58,797 bases of DNA, taken from Alphaproteobacteria bacterium. GTDB lineage: Bacteria > Pseudomonadota > Alphaproteobacteria > UBA6615. Under the pieces are notes generated by a model. The model saw nothing but the letters and a program-made list of their open reading frames with translations, was not told the origin of the DNA and did no database searches. The translations under genes and the position numbers were made by a program. The stretch covers positions 1 to 58,797 of the forward strand of contig CBDHEC010000034.1 in NCBI GenBank assembly GCA_965261975.1, given 5' to 3'. This document shows, piece after piece, positions 1-10,004 of this stretch. The stretch's first letter is position 1, and every line of letters starts with the position of its first letter.

Positions 1-502
1 TCATCGCGTCGACGAAGGCGAATTCGGACTGGTGTGCCGTCGTAGAGGATTTGCAGGTGTGGTCGTCACCGGCCAGCAGGAGCACGCCGCCATGGGCCGA
101 GGTTCCAGCCAGGTTGCCATGCTTGAAGACGTCGCCCGAGCGGTCGACCCCCGGGCCCTTGCCGTACCACATGGAGAAGATGCCCTGATGCTTGGCATCG
201 GGATACAGGTTGAGCTGCTGGGTGCCCCAGATGGCGGTGGCCGCCATGTCTTCGTTGACCCCGGCGCGAAACACGATGTTGTTCCGCTCCAGAAACGGCT
301 TGGCCCGAGCCATCTGCTGGTCGAGCGCGCCGAGGGGAGAGCCGCGATAGCCGGTCACATAGGCCGCGGTATCGAGCCCTGCCGCCACATCGCGCTGGCG
401 CTGGATCATCGGCAGCCGCACCAGCGCCTGGGTCCCGGTGAGGTAAACGCGGCCCGATTCGAGGGCGTATTTATCGTCGAGGCTGACGGCGGTCTCGGCC
501 AT
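1..502 (-). CDS. Indolepyruvate ferredoxin oxidoreductase family protein, N-terminal part (runs off window)
   Basis: Not in ORF track. Manual translation from ATG 502: MAETAVSLDDKYALESGRVYLTGTQALVRLPM...GYRGSPLG...GVNEDMAATAIWGTQQ...MWYGKGPGVDRSGDVFKHGN...GDDHTCKSST; GGGAGAG RBS upstream. Confidence 0.9.
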   Translation of the reverse strand, partial: MAETAVSLDDKYALESGRVYLTGTQALVRLPMIQRQRDVAAGLDTAAYVTGYRGSPLGALDQQMARAKPFLERNNIVFRAGVNEDMAATAIWGTQQLNLYPDAKHQGIFSMWYGKGPGVDRSGDVFKHGNLAGTSAHGGVLLLAGDDHTCKSSTTAHQSEFAFVDAM

Positions 503-739
503 GAATGTCTCTCCCTGCTGAGCCGCTGGGGCGGCCCCGAACAGAAATGTAAGCATTGCTGTCCTATTTGTCTAATCACCAACACTCACCAGTGCGTGGG
601 CATGACAAATAGGGCGTATTCCGTTTCCATTGTGCTTGTTTCACCGGGCGACGTGCAATCGCGGCGTGTCTGATTTATATGATCGGTTGAACATGCGCGT
701 GAGCATGTGCCCGAAGACGCAAGCGGATTTCGTGACGTC

Positions 740-1714
740 ATGACAGTTCTTCTGACCGGTGCGGCCGGTTTCATCGGTATGCATGTCGGCCAGGCGCTCC
801 TCGCGCGCGGTGAGACCGTCGTCGGCATCGACAACCTGAACGACTACTACGATGTCGCCCTCAAGGAGGCGCGTCTGGCGCAGTTAACGTCCCACGAGAA
901 TTTCTCGTTTGTGCGCGGCGACATCGCCGATCTCGACACCGTCATGGCCGCGGCCAAGGGTGTGGACCGGATCGTCCACCTCGCCGCCCAGGCGGGGGTG
1001 CGCTACAGCATGGAGAATCCCGGCGCGTATATTCAGGCCAATATCGTTGGCCATATGAATATGCTCGAAGTCGCGCGTACGCTCGGCGACGATCTGCAAC
1101 ACATGGTCTATGCCAGTTCCTCGTCGGTCTATGGGGGCAACACCAAGCTGCCGTTTTCGGTGGAAGACCAGGTCGACAACCCCGTATCGCTCTACGCTGC
1201 GACCAAAAAATCCGACGAGTTGATGAGCAACGCCTATGTGGTCACCTATGGATTGCCGCTGACGGGGCTGCGTTTCTTCACGGTGTACGGGCCCTGGGGC
1301 CGGCCGGACATGTCCGCCTATATCTTCACTCGCAAGATCGTGGACGGTGAGCCGATCCCGGTCTTCAACAATGGTGATATGCAGCGCGACTTCACCTATG
1401 TCGACGATATCGTCGCCGGTGTGCTCGCGGTGCTCGACCTGCCGCCGGCGCCCGATGCCGACGGCAAGCTGCCCCACCGGGTCTACAACCTGGGCAACAA
1501 CCAGTCAGAACAGCTGATGCGGTTTATCGGTGTGATCGAGGACGCGCTCGACACCAAGGCCGAGATCGACTTCCAGCCCATGCAGCCCGGTGACGTGCAG
1601 GCGACCTATGCCGATATCAGCGCCAGCCAGCGCGATTTCGGTTTCGAGCCCAAGACCCCGATCGATGTGGGTATCCCAAATTTCGTCGCCTGGTTCCGCG
1701 CCTATCACGGCTAG
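740..1714 (+). CDS. NAD-dependent epimerase/dehydratase (UDP-glucuronate 4-epimerase-like)
   Basis: TGAAGFIG Rossmann motif, HLAAQAGVRYS, YASSSSVYG, YAATK catalytic YxxxK, RFFTVYGPWGRPDM. Confidence 0.92.
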   Translation: MTVLLTGAAGFIGMHVGQALLARGETVVGIDNLNDYYDVALKEARLAQLTSHENFSFVRGDIADLDTVMAAAKGVDRIVHLAAQAGVRYSMENPGAYIQANIVGHMNMLEVARTLGDDLQHMVYASSSSVYGGNTKLPFSVEDQVDNPVSLYAATKKSDELMSNAYVVTYGLPLTGLRFFTVYGPWGRPDMSAYIFTRKIVDGEPIPVFNNGDMQRDFTYVDDIVAGVLAVLDLPPAPDADGKLPHRVYNLGNNQSEQLMRFIGVIEDALDTKAEIDFQPMQPGDVQATYADISASQRDFGFEPKTPIDVGIPNFVAWFRAYHG

Positions 1715-1726
1715 CCGACCGCTGGT

Positions 1727-3547
1727 TTAGCCCCGGGCCCGCCCATACAACGCCTCGAGGCGCTCTCCGTAGATTTCCCGGATCACGTGGCGCCGGATCT
1801 TCAGCGACGGCGTCATCAGGCCGTTCTCGGTGGTGAAGGCCTCATCCGCGATGATGAACCGTCGGACCTGTTCAATCGGGCCGAGGCGTCCGTTGGCCCG
1901 GTCGAGTGCTTCGCGCAGGCGTTCATGGAAGGCCTCGGAATCGGCGAGCGCGGCGAGGTCCGGCTCCCGGTCGTTCTCCGATGCCCAGGCGCGGATGAAA
2001 TCGTCGTCGGGCACCAGCACCGCGACCAGGTGCGGGCGCTTGTCGCCGTAAACCATCGCCTGGTTGATCTCGGCCTCGAACACGAGTGCCCCCTCGACGC
2101 GCTGGGGCGAGACATTGTCGCCGCCGGAATTGACGATGATGTCCTTCTTGCGATCGGTGATCTTGATGTAGCCGTCTTCGTCCAGGACGCCGATATCACC
2201 GGTATGCACCCAGCCGTCGCGCAGGGTTTCCGCCGTCAGATCCGGCGCGTTCCAGTAGCCCTGCATGGTCAGCTCGCCCTTGATCAGGATCTCGCCATCC
2301 TCGGCGATGCGCAGGTCGACCCCGGGAAAAGCAGGCCCGACCGTATCGATCTTGATTTTCGAGGGCGGGTTGGCACTGACCACCGGTGCTGTCTCGGTCT
2401 GGCCATATCCCTGGAGCAGGCGCACACCCAGCGCCAGAAAGAAGACGCCGATATCATAGTTGAGGGGCGCGCCGCCGGAGACGAACGCCTTGAGCCGGCC
2501 GCCGAAACGTTCGGACACTTTCTTGCGCACCAGCTTGTCGAGGACGGAATCTTGTAACCGCTCGACCATCGACATGCCGGCCGCGCCCGCTTCGTAGCGC
2601 TTGATGCCCAGAGACACGGCCTTGCGGAAGAGCTTCTCCGACAGCCCGCCCTTGCGCTCCACCCCGGCCATGATCCGCTGGTGCATGGATTCGTAGAGCC
2701 GCGGCACGGCCGTCATGATCGTGGGATGAATCTCGCCCATGTTCGCGGCCAGCTTGTCCACGCTTTCTGCGTAGTAGACCTGGGCACCGATCGAGATCGG
2801 GAAAAAAAGTCCCGCCGTATGCTCATAGGAATGGCTCAGCGGCAGGAAGGACAGGAAGGTCTCGTTGTCCATCTCCAGCAGCTTGTCCATTTCGAACAGG
2901 TGATAGGCACCCACGCAATTGCACAGGATTGCGCCATGGCTCAGCATCACCCCCTTGGGCGCGCCGCCGGTGCCGGAGGTGTAGATCAGGCATGCGGTGT
3001 CGGTGCGCGCGGTCCGGTCGACCACGGCGGCGACGTCGTCGTCGGTCTCCACACCCGAATCAAAGAGGTCGCGCCAGTTGATGATGACGATCCCGTCGCT
3101 CTCGCCGCCGGCACCCTCCATCGTGATGACGGTCTTGATGGTGCCGGTGTTGCGGATCGCTGGCAGCAGGCGTTCGGCCAGCCGTTCGCTGGACACGATG
3201 GCGACGCGCGGATCGCAGTCGGTGATGATGTGGATGTGGTCGGTCACCGTGTTGGTGGTGTAGGCGGGAACGGTTATGCCGCCCGCCGCCATGATGGCGA
3301 GGTCGGCCAGGCCCCATTCGGGCCGGTTCTCCGAGACCAGCATGACCCGGTCGCCGCGCTCGACGCCGATGCGCCGCAGGCCGCGCGAGACGGCGCTCAC
3401 CGTGTCGCGTGCCTCATGCCAGGATACGGGCTGCCAGGCGTCGTAACGCTTGGACCAAAACATCGCGTCGGTGCCGCGCGCGTCGGCCTTGTCGAAAAAC
3501 ATCTGCGGCAGGTTCTGCCAGCGTTCGTAGCGTTCGGCGTAGTCCAT
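1727..3547 (-). CDS. Long-chain fatty acid-CoA ligase (AMP-binding)
   Basis: IYTSGTGGAPKG P-loop, QGYGQTE, HTGDIG, DRKKDII, TPSLKIRR; start set at MDYAERY. Confidence 0.9.
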   Translation of the reverse strand: MDYAERYERWQNLPQMFFDKADARGTDAMFWSKRYDAWQPVSWHEARDTVSAVSRGLRRIGVERGDRVMLVSENRPEWGLADLAIMAAGGITVPAYTTNTVTDHIHIITDCDPRVAIVSSERLAERLLPAIRNTGTIKTVITMEGAGGESDGIVIINWRDLFDSGVETDDDVAAVVDRTARTDTACLIYTSGTGGAPKGVMLSHGAILCNCVGAYHLFEMDKLLEMDNETFLSFLPLSHSYEHTAGLFFPISIGAQVYYAESVDKLAANMGEIHPTIMTAVPRLYESMHQRIMAGVERKGGLSEKLFRKAVSLGIKRYEAGAAGMSMVERLQDSVLDKLVRKKVSERFGGRLKAFVSGGAPLNYDIGVFFLALGVRLLQGYGQTETAPVVSANPPSKIKIDTVGPAFPGVDLRIAEDGEILIKGELTMQGYWNAPDLTAETLRDGWVHTGDIGVLDEDGYIKITDRKKDIIVNSGGDNVSPQRVEGALVFEAEINQAMVYGDKRPHLVAVLVPDDDFIRAWASENDREPDLAALADSEAFHERLREALDRANGRLGPIEQVRRFIIADEAFTTENGLMTPSLKIRRHVIREIYGERLEALYGRARG

Positions 3548-3667
3548 TACGTTTACCCTGTTTTCCGGTCGTTTCGGCGGCCGCACAAGCACGTGAAAAT
3601 CCCGATGAGCGCTTGTTGCGCGCCTCAATGGACCCTATCTCTTGATCTGATTCAAGGAGCTGTCGAT

Positions 3668-5512
3668 ATGTCCCGAAATACCCCTGTCCCATCCCCGCTG
3701 CGGGCCCCCGAAGGCAGTCCGGCGCGGGCCAAGCGCGAAAAGCTGCCCGAGTGGGATCTGACCGACCTGTTTTCCGCACCCGACAGCCCGGAACTGACCA
3801 CGACCATTACGTCGTCACGTAAGGATTCAAAGGCTTTCGAGGCTCGTTACCAGGGAAAGCTCGCGGATCTCGATGGTGATGCGTTGGCCGCGGCCATTTC
3901 CGCATATGAGGCGATCGATGAGGCGCTGTCGCGGGTGATGAGTTACGCCGGTCTGCTGTATGCCGGCGACATGACCGATCCCGAGAACGGCAAGTTCATG
4001 CAGTCGATGCAGGAGACGGTAACGGAGATTTCGTCTCATCTCCTGTTCTTCGCGCTGGAGATCAACCGGATCGAGGATGACCGCCTCGAAACCCAGCTCG
4101 GGGAATCCGAGGCTCTGCGACGCTATGCACCCTGGCTGCGTGACAGCCGCGCCTACCGCGAGCATCAGTTGGATGACCAGCTTGAGAAGCTGTTGCTTGA
4201 GAAAAGTGTCGCGGGGCGTGCCGCATGGAATCGCCTGTTCGACGAAACCATGGCGGATCTGCGCTTCGACGTCGAGCTGCCGGCCGGCAACCAGGAAATG
4301 ACCAGTGCGGAGGTGCTCAACCTCCTTTCCGACGGCGACAGCGCGGTGCGAAAGGCCGCGGCCAAGTCCCTTGGCGCGGTGCTGGGTGCGAACGCGCGGA
4401 CCTTCACCCACATCACGAACACGCTCGCGAAGGACAAGGAGATCGAGGACAAGTGGCGCGGTTTTGCGCGCCCGGTCTCCAGCCGCAACCTCGCCAATGT
4501 GGTCGAAGACGAGGTGGTCGATGCGCTGGTGACGGCCGTGCGTAGTGCCTATCCCGACCTGTCCCATCGCTATTACGCGTTGAAGGCGAAGTGGTTCGGT
4601 GTCGACCAGCTCGACTATTGGGACCGGAATGCGCCGCTGCCCGACGATGACGATTCGACCATTCACTGGGGCGATGCGGTTACCAAGGTCCTCGATGCCT
4701 ACGGGCAGTTTTCGCCGGCGCTGGCCGAGGTCGCGCAGAAGTTTTTCGACAATGACTGGATCGACACGCCGGTCCGGCCGGGCAAGTCACCCGGCGCGTT
4801 CGCGCACCCGACCGTGCCCAGCGCCCATCCCTATTTGCTGCTCAACTATCAGGGAAAAACCCGCGACGTGATGACCCTGGCTCATGAACTGGGCCATGGC
4901 GTGCATCAGGTGCTGGCGGGCGGGCAGGGGCACCTGATGTCGGATACCCCGCTGACCCTGGCCGAGACGGCCTCCGTGTTCGGTGAAATGCTGACCTTCC
5001 GCAAGCTGCTGGCGGAAGCGGACGACACCAGGCTGCGCCGGACAATGCTCAGCTCGAAAGTCGAAGACATGATCAACACCGTGGTGCGCCAGATTGCGTT
5101 TCACGAGTTCGAGCGGCGGTTGCATGACAAGCGCGCCGAGGGCGAGCTCCTTACCGAGGAGATTTGCGACATATGGATGGAGATTCAGGCCGAGAGTCTC
5201 GGTCCGGCCATCCGCTTCGAGGATGAGTACAAGTATTTCTGGACCTACATCCCCCACTTCATTCATTCGCCCTTCTATGTCTACGCCTACGCCTTCGGCG
5301 ACTGCCTCGTGAACTCGCTCTACGGCGTCTATGAGGGCGCGGCCGACGGGTTTGCCGAGCGCTATCTCGACATGCTGCGGGCGGGCGGCACGCTCCGCCA
5401 CAAGGAGCTTCTCGCCCCCTTCGGCCTGGACGCGTCCGATCCGGCTTTCTGGCAGCGCGGGCTGGATGTCATATCCGGTCTCATCGACGAGCTCGAGGCG
5501 TTGGAGGCGTGA
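3668..5512 (+). CDS. M3 family oligoendopeptidase F
   Basis: LPEWDLTDL N-terminus, HELGH zinc motif, AETASVFGE, YIPHF..PFYVYAYAFG; AAGGAG RBS before ATG 3668. Confidence 0.92.
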   Translation: MSRNTPVPSPLRAPEGSPARAKREKLPEWDLTDLFSAPDSPELTTTITSSRKDSKAFEARYQGKLADLDGDALAAAISAYEAIDEALSRVMSYAGLLYAGDMTDPENGKFMQSMQETVTEISSHLLFFALEINRIEDDRLETQLGESEALRRYAPWLRDSRAYREHQLDDQLEKLLLEKSVAGRAAWNRLFDETMADLRFDVELPAGNQEMTSAEVLNLLSDGDSAVRKAAAKSLGAVLGANARTFTHITNTLAKDKEIEDKWRGFARPVSSRNLANVVEDEVVDALVTAVRSAYPDLSHRYYALKAKWFGVDQLDYWDRNAPLPDDDDSTIHWGDAVTKVLDAYGQFSPALAEVAQKFFDNDWIDTPVRPGKSPGAFAHPTVPSAHPYLLLNYQGKTRDVMTLAHELGHGVHQVLAGGQGHLMSDTPLTLAETASVFGEMLTFRKLLAEADDTRLRRTMLSSKVEDMINTVVRQIAFHEFERRLHDKRAEGELLTEEICDIWMEIQAESLGPAIRFEDEYKYFWTYIPHFIHSPFYVYAYAFGDCLVNSLYGVYEGAADGFAERYLDMLRAGGTLRHKELLAPFGLDASDPAFWQRGLDVISGLIDELEALEA

Positions 5513-5536
5513 TCGGTGACCGTTATGCGATGACCC

Positions 5537-6895
5537 ATGGCGGATGACGAGCGCGCGACCGTGCGCGGCCGGGTCGGCCGCTATGGCCGGGTCGGGGCTG
5601 CGGTCGGCGGGGCGGCGGTCCGCATGGCCGGGCAGCGCTACTTCGGTCGTCCGGCGGATCCCGAGCGCAACGCGGCAGACCTGAAGGCCGCGCTGGGCGG
5701 CCTGAAGGGGCCGCTCATGAAGGCCGCGCAGATCCTGGCCACCATCCCCGATGCGCTGCCGGCCGACTATGCGCGTGAGCTGGCGGAACTTCAGGCGAAC
5801 GCGCCGCCCATGGGATGGCCGTTCGTGCGCCGGCGCATGGCCGCCGAGCTGGGTGATGACTGGCAGGAGAAGTTCGCGGCGTTTGATCGCACGGCGGCCC
5901 GGGCGGCATCTCTCGGGCAGGTGCACAAGGCGACCGGCCATGACGGTGCGCCGCTTGCCTGCAAGCTCCAGTATCCCGACATGGCCTCGACCGTGGCCGC
6001 GGACCTGAACCAGCTCAAGATCGTGTTTGGTCTCTATCGCCGATACGATTCCGCGATCGACCCGAGTCAGATTCACGCAGAGCTTTCCGAGCGCCTGACC
6101 GAGGAACTCGATTACCGGCGTGAGGCCCAGCACACGAAACTATACGGTGCGATGCTGGCGGATGAGCCGGGAGTGCATGTCCCCCGGGTAGCCGACACCC
6201 TGTCCAGCGGTCGCCTCCTGACCACGAGCTGGCTCGAGGGGCAGCCCATGGCGGACTTCGCCGAGGCGGCGGATCCCGAGGCGCGCAAGGCCGCGGCGCT
6301 GAACATGTTCCGCGCCTGGTACGTGCCCTTCTACGGCTATGGCGTGATCCATGGCGATCCCCATCTGGGCAACTATACGGTGAATGATGACGCCACGATC
6401 AACCTCTACGACTTCGGCTGCATCCGGGTCTTTCCGCCCGCCTTCGTGCATGGTGTGATCGAGCTCTATCACGCATTGCGCGAGGGGGATCGAGACCGCG
6501 CCGCGCACGCCTATGAAAGCTGGGGTTTCGAGAATATCTCCAACGAGCTTCTCGACGCGCTCAACATCTGGGCGGAGTTCCTCTACCGGCCGTTGATGGA
6601 AGACAAGGTGCAGCGGATTCAGGAATCGGAATCGGGCCTCTACGGCGCCAACATCGCGCACCAGGTGCAGGAGAAATTGCGCGGCCTGGGCGGGGTCACG
6701 CCGCCGCGGGAGTTCGTGCTGATGGACCGCGCCGCCGTCGGGCTGGGCTCGGTGTTCCTGCGCCTGCGGGCGGAACTCAACTGGCACCGGGTTTTCCACG
6801 AACTGATCGACACGTTTGACATCGACGGTCTCGCCGACCGCCAGGCGAGTATGCTCGCGGCGCATGATCTCGAGGCGCCGGGCGCTGGCGGCTGA
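5537..6895 (+). CDS. AarF/ABC1/UbiB family atypical kinase
   Basis: KxxQ motif (MKAAQ), AASLGQVH, KLQYP, EELDYRREA, HGDPHLGN, DFG. Confidence 0.92.
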   Translation: MADDERATVRGRVGRYGRVGAAVGGAAVRMAGQRYFGRPADPERNAADLKAALGGLKGPLMKAAQILATIPDALPADYARELAELQANAPPMGWPFVRRRMAAELGDDWQEKFAAFDRTAARAASLGQVHKATGHDGAPLACKLQYPDMASTVAADLNQLKIVFGLYRRYDSAIDPSQIHAELSERLTEELDYRREAQHTKLYGAMLADEPGVHVPRVADTLSSGRLLTTSWLEGQPMADFAEAADPEARKAAALNMFRAWYVPFYGYGVIHGDPHLGNYTVNDDATINLYDFGCIRVFPPAFVHGVIELYHALREGDRDRAAHAYESWGFENISNELLDALNIWAEFLYRPLMEDKVQRIQESESGLYGANIAHQVQEKLRGLGGVTPPREFVLMDRAAVGLGSVFLRLRAELNWHRVFHELIDTFDIDGLADRQASMLAAHDLEAPGAGG

Positions 6896-6925
6896 CGACT
6901 TGCATGACGCGCGCTAGCGTCGTCG

Positions 6926-7534
6926 ATGATGCGCGCGATTGTTTTCATATGTTTTTTCGTGCTGTCGCTCACGCCGCTTGCGGCGTCGGCCCAGACCGAT
7001 ACGGACCCGGATATTCTCTGTGAGAACGCACCGCCGGGGACCGTCGCCGAAATTCCGCCGCCCGTCGCCAAGTGGATCATCCTGCTCTGTACCGAGAGGG
7101 GGCAGACCCTGACCGCGCGCGTCGGGGACGAGGTGGAGATGTGGCTCGAGCGTGGAACGGCGATCCCGTTCCAGCTCGCCGCCGCCCCGGCGCGTATCCT
7201 CGAAGGATCGAGCGCATTGACCAAGTATGATCTTCGTTTCGACCGGTTTGCCGCGCGTCTGGCGACCGATGCGCAGCGGGATTTTCTCCTGGATCTGTGG
7301 CGTAACGCCTACGAGGAGGAGGACATTCCGCCGGATCTCGGTGACGTGTTCCAGCTCGATACGGTGTCGGTGTACCGCGGCGACGTGGCGAATATGTTCA
7401 TCTATCTGCGCGGCGATGCGCCGCGCTGGATTGTTGTGTGCCGGGACCAGTGTCGCTCGGGGATCGCGCTCGATGTTTTGCGGGGTGCCGAATTGGAGGC
7501 GCGTGTGCGCGAGCAGGAACGCCTGCGGCAGTAA
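6926..7534 (+). CDS. Hypothetical exported protein
   Basis: Signal-peptide-like N-terminus (ASA|Q), four Cys in mature region, GC-rich codon usage; family not recognised. Confidence 0.7.
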   Translation: MMRAIVFICFFVLSLTPLAASAQTDTDPDILCENAPPGTVAEIPPPVAKWIILLCTERGQTLTARVGDEVEMWLERGTAIPFQLAAAPARILEGSSALTKYDLRFDRFAARLATDAQRDFLLDLWRNAYEEEDIPPDLGDVFQLDTVSVYRGDVANMFIYLRGDAPRWIVVCRDQCRSGIALDVLRGAELEARVREQERLRQ

Positions 7535-7610
7535 TTCTCCTCACGACAATGTTGCTTGTTCGTGGGCCCGACGATGGTGTCATACAGATAGAAATATCTG
7601 GAGGTGCATC

Positions 7611-8147
7611 ATGCTTGATCGACGCGCATTCATCGCCGCCGCCGCTACGCTCCCTGCCGCGATGCTGGCCGGAACCCCGGCCCGGGCCGCCACACTCGAC
7701 GGCGCGCTCAAGTCCGGTCTGAAGGGGCTGCAGGTCATCCGTGGTCCGGTGACCGACGCGAACTTCGACGGCCGCCCCGTCCTCGTGACCTTCTGGGCGA
7801 GCTGGTGTCCGCCATGCCGCGCGGAGATGGTCGAGCTCGCCGACTACATTTCCGACAACGGCAACAAGGTCAGCATGATCGCCGTGAACTGGATGGAGAA
7901 TTTCGCCGGGCCGGTCAGCCAGTCGCGTCTGCGCCGCTTCGTAGACGTCATTCACCCGGATATTTCGGTTGTCGTCGGCAATCGAACCTTGAGTGAATCC
8001 CTCGGCGGGATTTTTGCCGTGCCCGCGGTGGTCGTTTTCGACGGTCAGGGGCGTGAAGTGTTCAAGCTCGGCGGCGGTCGCGGCGAAATCGGCCGCGCCT
8101 TCATCACCCAGCGGCGGCTGACCGGGATCGTGAACGGGCTGTCATAG
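7611..8147 (+). CDS. TlpA-like thioredoxin-fold disulfide reductase with Tat signal
   Basis: DRRAFI twin-arginine signal, FWASWCPPC redox motif, cis-Pro AVP; GGAGG RBS. Confidence 0.85.
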   Translation: MLDRRAFIAAAATLPAAMLAGTPARAATLDGALKSGLKGLQVIRGPVTDANFDGRPVLVTFWASWCPPCRAEMVELADYISDNGNKVSMIAVNWMENFAGPVSQSRLRRFVDVIHPDISVVVGNRTLSESLGGIFAVPAVVVFDGQGREVFKLGGGRGEIGRAFITQRRLTGIVNGLS

Positions 8148-8160
8148 CCCGTTGCGCATG

Positions 8161-8820
8161 TCAGGTGACCGTCTGTTTGGTGACGGCGAGGGCGCCGTCG
8201 AGGGTGCGATCCACCGTGTCGGAGATATACGCCGCCAGGTCGGCCTCGACCGGTGAGCGATAGATGAACTTGCGCACGAAGTAATAGAAGATCGCGGCGT
8301 GGATGTTCCAGGCGGCCTCGATCTCGAGATCGGAGATCGGCACCTGGTCCGGGTCCGGTGCGCCGGCCGCGGCGCGTATCTCCGTGCAAATCGGGATCAG
8401 CAGGCGGCTCTCGAGCAGGTCGATATAGCGCCGGTTGATGTCCTCGCCCGCCAGCCCGGCGAACATGTAGATGCGAATCCACTCATAGGTCAGCGCCTCG
8501 CTGGCATAGGCGTCGTAGAAGCCGATCAGACGTTCGCGCAAGGGTATCGAGCGGTCGTCGATCAGCCGTTCCCACGCCGGCTTCCAGCGACCGATGAAGA
8601 CCTCTTCATAGACCTTCTCGATCAGGTCCTGCTTGGTGGGGAAGTACCGGTAGAGCAGCGGCTGGGTTATGCCGAGCCGCTGGGCGAGCTCGCGCGTCTG
8701 GCCCGCAAACCCCACATCGGCGAAGAACTGGATGGCGCCGTCGATGATGAATTGCTCGCGTTCCGCCGGGGCGAAACGCTGGCGCTTTGCGGTGTCGTTC
8801 GTCTTCACCGATACGGCCAT
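8161..8820 (-). CDS. TetR/AcrR family transcriptional regulator
   Basis: HTH signature FADVGFAGQTRELAQRLGITQPLLYRYFPTKQDL; AGAGGA RBS. Confidence 0.9.
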   Translation of the reverse strand: MAVSVKTNDTAKRQRFAPAEREQFIIDGAIQFFADVGFAGQTRELAQRLGITQPLLYRYFPTKQDLIEKVYEEVFIGRWKPAWERLIDDRSIPLRERLIGFYDAYASEALTYEWIRIYMFAGLAGEDINRRYIDLLESRLLIPICTEIRAAAGAPDPDQVPISDLEIEAAWNIHAAIFYYFVRKFIYRSPVEADLAAYISDTVDRTLDGALAVTKQTVT

Positions 8821-8851
8821 GCTTGATCCTCTTTGGTCGGGGCTGGCGCGG

Positions 8852-9895
8852 TCAGGCGGCGTCGGGCTCGATGCCCTCGGCCTTGCCGCCGGCCTTCGAC
8901 GAGTAGTTCCGGTCGATGTACCAGCACACATAGTCGTACATCGTCGTCGGCTCGTACTTCAGCTCCTCACCCGGTTCGGCGAAGTCGGCCGGGTCGGCCA
9001 GCGTCTCGGGTGCGGCATCGAAGAAGGTGGCCATCGAGATGCGGTCGGTCTCGGGCGGCACCACGCGGTGCGGCGAGGCGATGAAGCGGCCATTCGACCA
9101 GAGGTTCAGGAACTCGCCCGTGTTGATGACGAGCGCGTCCTTGTTGAAGCCCGCGGGCAGCCAGTTGCCCTGGCGGTTCAGCACCTGCAGCCCCGCGACC
9201 CGGGTGAGCGGCAGGATCGTCAGGAAGGAGTGGTCACTGTGGGGCGAGATGCCGAACTGGTTTTCTTCGGCCTCGACCGCGGGATAGTGGGCATTACGCG
9301 TCCACATGATCGGCTCCTCGAAATGCTTGTCGAAGAAGTCGATGGGCTTGTCGAGCGCCAGCGCATAGAGCGGCACGATCTTGCGACCCAGATCCGCACA
9401 CGCGTACTGGTAGCGCACCATTGGCTCGCGGAACCCTTCGATGGCCGGCCATTTGTTCGGGCCGGTGAAGCGGACGCCGTCGCGGACATAGGGGTGATCG
9501 TCGGGGCGATCGAGGCACAGAACGAGGGTCTCGTTCAGATCCTGCTTGGTGTTCTCGTTGATCTTCGATGTGACATAGACGGTGGATTTCGGGGCGATAT
9601 AGCCGACCGATGTTTCGTCGAACTTGTACGCCGCCTTTTCCTCCGGGGTCAGTTTGAAGAATTCCCTCAGCGCGCCATAGGCCCCGTCGATCAGCTCACG
9701 GTCGATCCCGTGATTGATGACGACGTAGAAACCGATCGTCTCCTGGATGAAACGGATGTTGGCGGCAAGCTCTTCGGCCGCGCCGGGTTCGCCGGCCAGA
9801 TACGGCCCCATGTCGAGGACCGGGATTTCCTCGAACTCGTCGGCCTTGTCCACGTTGCGGTAATCGAAAATTTTCGGCGCGGTCTCGGTGCTCAT
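8852..9895 (-). CDS. Isopenicillin N synthase-like 2OG-Fe(II) oxygenase
   Basis: IPVLD, GFYVVINHGI, HSD...H facial triad (PHSDH, SPHRV), RxS (RISM). Confidence 0.9.
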   Translation of the reverse strand: MSTETAPKIFDYRNVDKADEFEEIPVLDMGPYLAGEPGAAEELAANIRFIQETIGFYVVINHGIDRELIDGAYGALREFFKLTPEEKAAYKFDETSVGYIAPKSTVYVTSKINENTKQDLNETLVLCLDRPDDHPYVRDGVRFTGPNKWPAIEGFREPMVRYQYACADLGRKIVPLYALALDKPIDFFDKHFEEPIMWTRNAHYPAVEAEENQFGISPHSDHSFLTILPLTRVAGLQVLNRQGNWLPAGFNKDALVINTGEFLNLWSNGRFIASPHRVVPPETDRISMATFFDAAPETLADPADFAEPGEELKYEPTTMYDYVCWYIDRNYSSKAGGKAEGIEPDAA

Positions 9896-9924
9896 TCTTC
9901 GTCTCTCGGATTACGGATGGCTCG

Positions 9925-9946
9925 TTATTTATCATTTGATAAATAA
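9925..9946. promoter_or_regulatory. Palindromic operator 1 (TTATTTATCA-TT-TGATAAATAA)
   Basis: Perfect 10-bp inverted arms, AT-rich in GC-rich DNA, overlapping the likely -10 of the oxygenase promoter. Confidence 0.8.
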
Positions 9947-9969
9947 GCATTCGCGCCGAACCCGTCAAC

Positions 9970-9993
9970 GTTATTTATCAGGTGATAAATAAC
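9970..9993. promoter_or_regulatory. Palindromic operator 2 (GTTATTTATCA-GG-TGATAAATAAC)
   Basis: Same arms as operator 1, 46 bp away; TTGACG -35 box on minus strand (9963-9968) lies between the two. Confidence 0.8.
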
Positions 9994-10004
9994 AGAATCG
10001 CGGT

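Noticed and set aside
32-673. 213-aa plus-strand ORF in the track
   Set aside because: Antisense shadow of the indolepyruvate oxidoreductase gene on the minus strand, which has clear family motifs.
2681-3667. Apparent 329-aa N-terminal extension of oligoendopeptidase F (943-aa ORF)
   Set aside because: Overlaps the acyl-CoA ligase antisense; the real start with RBS is at 3668.
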